Of a stretch of DNA of 64,000 nt, positions 60,256 to 64,000 are shown piece by piece. Within the stretch, counting starts at the first letter, position 1. Each line of letters opens with the position of its first letter. Both the position numbers and the translations under genes were made by a program. The notes beneath the pieces were generated by a model that was not told the origin of the DNA, did no database searches, and saw only the letters and a list, made by a program, of their open reading frames with translations. Source of the stretch: Candidatus Latescibacterota bacterium (lineage in GTDB: Bacteria; Latescibacterota; UBA2968; UBA8231); assembly GCA_965242865.1 (NCBI GenBank), contig CBDETK010000013.1, positions 2,144,001 to 2,208,000 of the forward strand, read 5' to 3'.

Positions 60256-61050
60256 ATGGAGGAGTACACGATAGATGTCGAAGCACTTGATGCCTTTCGG
60301 AGAGCCGTCCAGATCGACGGCATGGAACCCTCCGTCGCCTCTCTGCGGCGTATTACGGAGTTAGTTTTAAGCCATGTTCCCTTCACCAACATCATGATGT
60401 TGGTTCGACCGAGGAGATCGCCTCGATTCGATGAAATCACGGACGACATGCTCTCCCTGCGCGGAGGGCCGTGTGGACATTTCAACCCGTTCATGAATCT
60501 CCTTCTCAAACAAATCGGCTTCGACAGTTCACTCGTTCCGGCCAAGATGTACGGAAAGTTGTCTCACATGGCGATCGTCAGCCGTATCGAGGGCGATTCA
60601 TGGTGGAATGACTTCGGCAATGGTCATCCATACCTGTCGCCTGTCCGACTCGGGTCACCGGAGGAAGTCACTCATGCAGGTCTTACTTATGTAATCACCC
60701 GTGATCAGGATGGCGGTTTTGCAGTCAGACATCGGTATCTTGGAGATAATGGTTTCACAGTGGATTACTCATTCGAGAATAAGCCCGTCGAGTTTAGCTA
60801 CTTCAAGGAAATGATCGAGAAACACTATACCAACGAGAAGTTCGGGCCATTCCTCACGGGTCTCCGATTCATTCGCTTCCCCGAAGGCGAGATGGTAGCC
60901 ATCCGCGATCGCGAATTGTTGCTCACGAAAGATGGCGTACTTGAGAAGCACCAGTTCATCAATTCTTTGGAACTCATTGATGCCGTGAAAGAACATTTTG
61001 CTCAGGCAGACTATCCAATTGAGGACGGATTGCGATGCCTTGGGTGGTAG
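60256..61050 (+). CDS. Arylamine N-acetyltransferase family protein
   Basis: VPFTN, RGGPC (Cys), SHM (His), DFGNG (Asp) triad. Confidence 0.85.
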   Translation: MEEYTIDVEALDAFRRAVQIDGMEPSVASLRRITELVLSHVPFTNIMMLVRPRRSPRFDEITDDMLSLRGGPCGHFNPFMNLLLKQIGFDSSLVPAKMYGKLSHMAIVSRIEGDSWWNDFGNGHPYLSPVRLGSPEEVTHAGLTYVITRDQDGGFAVRHRYLGDNGFTVDYSFENKPVEFSYFKEMIEKHYTNEKFGPFLTGLRFIRFPEGEMVAIRDRELLLTKDGVLEKHQFINSLELIDAVKEHFAQADYPIEDGLRCLGW

Positions 61051-61066
61051 CATGGGGAGTAAATTC

Positions 61067-62266
61067 ATGACCGATTACAGTGTAAACGAGATGCTGTTCG
61101 ATGCAGCGAATAGTAGGGCCTTGCAGTTTTTTGGCAAACACGGTTACGTCGTATTAGCCAACGTGTTCGCCCTGGAGGAGACCGGGACAGCAAATACAGC
61201 ATTCGATCAGATGAGGCATAGATTCGCCGGGCAAATGCGCCTCTCGATTGAGAAATACGATGAGCGGATCTGCCAGTGGCGCGACCTTTGGATGACGGAG
61301 CCGTATTTTAATGATCTGCTCAACGACGCGAGGCTTCACGGTGCGGCGCAAGCGTTTATGCAGGAAGATGGCGTCCAACTTCTGCACGATCATATAATCA
61401 GGAAACCATACGACGCATTGAACGATACTGTGCCGTGGCATCAGGATTTTCCATTCTGGCCGGTCGACACGCCCAATTCACTTTCCTGCTGGGTTCCCTT
61501 TGAAGATGTGAGTGAGTGCGGTGGGTGTCTCGAAGTGATTGACGGTTCCCATCTCTGGGGTATCTCCCCGCCGGTAGATTTCATTATGGACGCCAAGGAG
61601 TTTGGTTCTCGCGACGACATTATCAGAATACCCGTGTCGGCGGGATCAATCGTCATTCTAAATAGCCTTACTTGGCACCGGACCAATCCGAACGAAGATG
61701 CCGGCACCAATCGCCCCGCTTATATCACACTTTGGATTCCGGCACATGCGCGATACCGCCCTGATTTAGCGGGGTGGCACCCGGTTAATGAGCACGTCAC
61801 GGTCGAATCTGGACAGCATCTAAACACCGACAAATTCCCTCGATTCGGTGAGTTCAATAGAAAACCTAGCGATGCAGACTCGAACACGCCGCTCCATGAA
61901 GGGCCTCTTATCTCCTCGGGGGACACGTTCAATATGTTCAATGCGACTGCATACATTGCGTCCCACATTCACCGTATCACCGGAGATTGGGAAGCGGGCA
62001 TTCCGCGGAAAAATCTGGGTGAATACTTGATTGATGAAAAGGTCCGGGAGCGGATCGTTTGCCGGTCCTTTGAGCAGGGCATCATCGATGCGGAAAAATG
62101 TGAGTGGATGAAGACCCTGTTTGACCAATTGCTCGTGAATTCCTCAGCCTTTCAGATGCACAGAGCCCGCAACATCTACAATGATGCCTATGTGGAGTGG
62201 TGGCTTCACGTTGGTTCAAAATGGGTCGAGCTTTGGGAAGAGACGGACGGGATGGGCCGACGATGA
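61067..62266 (+). CDS. PhyH-family dioxygenase with C-terminal extension
   Basis: HGYVV, PWHQDFPFWP, GGCLEVIDGSH, WHRT.PN; start 61067 or 61052. Confidence 0.85.
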   Translation: MTDYSVNEMLFDAANSRALQFFGKHGYVVLANVFALEETGTANTAFDQMRHRFAGQMRLSIEKYDERICQWRDLWMTEPYFNDLLNDARLHGAAQAFMQEDGVQLLHDHIIRKPYDALNDTVPWHQDFPFWPVDTPNSLSCWVPFEDVSECGGCLEVIDGSHLWGISPPVDFIMDAKEFGSRDDIIRIPVSAGSIVILNSLTWHRTNPNEDAGTNRPAYITLWIPAHARYRPDLAGWHPVNEHVTVESGQHLNTDKFPRFGEFNRKPSDADSNTPLHEGPLISSGDTFNMFNATAYIASHIHRITGDWEAGIPRKNLGEYLIDEKVRERIVCRSFEQGIIDAEKCEWMKTLFDQLLVNSSAFQMHRARNIYNDAYVEWWLHVGSKWVELWEETDGMGRR

Positions 62267-63573
62267 GGCGGAATGTCGTCGCGATCATCGGGTCTGCCGG
62301 CATCATACCGTGCGAGCTCCGACGCACGATAGAGGCACTAGCCCGGGCCTTGGGCGACGCCGGCTTCGATCTAGTGACCGGGGGCATGGATGGCGTCATG
62401 CGCGCCGTGGCGCGGGGTCACGGCAGATCAACCGGCCACACAAACCTCGTCCACCTTGAGCCCGGCTGGGGACGCGCTTGGGAACGGAACCCGCACCCGG
62501 CGAGCGTCGTTCGGTCGGACTTGGGCTCAATGAGGAACCATCTGGTGATCCGTTCCGCGGACCTCGTCGTCGCCGTGTCCGGCGGCGCGGGTACGTTGAG
62601 CGAACTGGCGATCGCTTGGCAGGAGGGAAAGCCAATTGCCGCGATGCGCGCCTCGGGCGGCTGGAGCGAGAAACTGGCCGGCACGGCTCTGGACCGCCGG
62701 CGTGGGGAATCAATCGTGATGCCCTGCGATTCCGTAGACGATGTCGTGGCGTGGGCGGTGCGCCTCCGGCCCGAGGGCGTGTACGGGGGGCGGGTGAACC
62801 GAGGTTTCTATCCCCTTGAGGCCCCCGCACTGCATCGCATGCACGAGGGTACGCCCACCGAGGTGCATCAGGTGCATCTTCGATACGGCATGTCGATTGA
62901 GAAGTCCGAGCTCGTGCAGCGTCTAACGGGATTGAACCGAAGGGTTGAGGAGTGGAACCGAGAGCACGATGCCGCGACCGTCGCCTTAGTCACATTTGAC
63001 GATGGCTGGAAAGACGTGACGCTCCTCGCCGGCATCTTTGAGCAGTTCCCCTGCCTCTGCCCGGTCCTGTTCGTGGGCGAGAACCACTTTGCAAAGCCGG
63101 TGCGCCCCCTGCCATTGCAAAGGCTCTACCACCATTGCGCGGAGCGAGGCCTGGACCCAGAAGATAAGGCCGCGCTCGGTGGCGTAACTAGGACCGGGTT
63201 GAAGTCGTTGCCCGAGGTGGACCAGTGCGCTGCCTTAGACAGCCTCGGCATCAATCCTATGCTCGACCCAGAATGGCTGCTGAACGCGGAGGACATCGCA
63301 CACCTGAAGTCCGCTGGCTGGGTCGTCGCAACGCACGGCCACTGTCACGAAAATCTGGGGAAGCGGGACGGCCTCGAGAAGGAATTCGAGAGTCTCGCCG
63401 AAGCGGTTGAGGCCCGAGGGCATACGCCTTGGCTGGCATGGCCCGAAGGCCAATGGTCGCCCACGGCGTGGGAAGAGGCCCGCACAGCCGGGTTCCGCCT
63501 TCAGTTCGGTTTGCTCGCGCAACCGTGCGAGTCGTCATACGAGGGCATGGTGATGAGGGCGATCTGGCAATGA
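62263..63573 (+). CDS. SLOG/LOG (TIGR00725-like) domain fused to a NodB-type polysaccharide deacetylase
   Basis: TGGMDGVMRAVARG, RN, GGAGTLSELAIA; TFDDG, THGHCH, AWPEG. Confidence 0.8.
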   Translation: MRRNVVAIIGSAGIIPCELRRTIEALARALGDAGFDLVTGGMDGVMRAVARGHGRSTGHTNLVHLEPGWGRAWERNPHPASVVRSDLGSMRNHLVIRSADLVVAVSGGAGTLSELAIAWQEGKPIAAMRASGGWSEKLAGTALDRRRGESIVMPCDSVDDVVAWAVRLRPEGVYGGRVNRGFYPLEAPALHRMHEGTPTEVHQVHLRYGMSIEKSELVQRLTGLNRRVEEWNREHDAATVALVTFDDGWKDVTLLAGIFEQFPCLCPVLFVGENHFAKPVRPLPLQRLYHHCAERGLDPEDKAALGGVTRTGLKSLPEVDQCAALDSLGINPMLDPEWLLNAEDIAHLKSAGWVVATHGHCHENLGKRDGLEKEFESLAEAVEARGHTPWLAWPEGQWSPTAWEEARTAGFRLQFGLLAQPCESSYEGMVMRAIWQ

Positions 63574-63641
63574 TCGCGGCGGTCTCGGTGCCCTTACTGG
63601 CTACACCGGTACAAGATAGACATTAGAACAAAGAGGAAACC

Positions 63642-64000
63642 ATGAAAATTCTCGTTACTGGAGCCGCGGGTTTCATCGGTTATCACCTGTTGCGCCACCT
63701 GCTGGAAACCGGCCATGACGTGGTTGCCATAGACAAGGTCCACTCAAACGAAAGGCTGGACATCTTGGCCCAGTATGAGAATTTCGACTTTCGGCATGGC
63801 AACATCGCAGACGGTTCCTTGGCTCAGGATGTCGGACAGGTCGATTATATCGTTCACCTAGCCGCTTTGGCGGATGTTCGGAAATCGATTGGACGGCCAT
63901 ATATCCAAGTACAACAGGATGTCCTTGGATATGTCAATCTGCTTGAATACGCAAAAACGTTGGCAGCGCTGAAGCGGATGGTCTTCATCAGTTCTAGTTC
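63642..64000 (+). CDS. NAD-dependent epimerase/dehydratase (partial)
   Basis: [24 protein letters not shown]; SD GAGG. Confidence 0.9.
   Translation, partial: MKILVTGAAGFIGYHLLRHLLETGHDVVAIDKVHSNERLDILAQYENFDFRHGNIADGSLAQDVGQVDYIVHLAALADVRKSIGRPYIQVQQDVLGYVNLLEYAKTLAALKRMVFISSS

Noticed and set aside
59496-62266. PhyH enzymes as halogenases
   Set aside because: Both keep the HxD carboxylate ligand rather than HxG/A

Overview
GC-rich bacterial chromosome segment. Its gene content (futalosine menaquinone pathway, LRR+YWTD and CRTAC1/ASPIC proteins, Rpn nuclease) resembles Latescibacterota/Gemmatimonadota/Poribacteria-type symbionts; this taxonomy is inference only. Core genes are dnaK (partial), uvrB, mqnP-A-C-E-menG, a sigma54 response regulator, a SigA/RpoD-type sigma factor, a NifA-like activator with amtB-glnK-porin, def, IOR, rpiA, a TRAP transporter and mltF. 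Several accessory blocks are interspersed. The most striking is a ~12 kb defence island (13.0-25.1 kb): AIPR, a PLD-SNF2 helicase, an intact chimeric ORF fusing an RM-methylase N-terminal domain to a complete sigma70 core, AlbA/HATPase, ParA, a decayed type IIG-like methylase and an IS630 remnant. Other accessory blocks are a kinase plus HicB-like operon, ~200 bp direct repeats flanking an O-antigen-ligase-like gene, an Rpn gene with an apparent intragenic antitoxin start, a type II RM pair, an OLD-like ATPase module, and a tightly coupled tailoring-enzyme cluster (GT2, sulfotransferase, M20, 2x PhyH, NAT, SLOG-NodB fusion, epimerase) running off the right end. No rRNA, tRNA or CRISPR array was seen. 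All assignments come from motif recognition by eye, without database searches.
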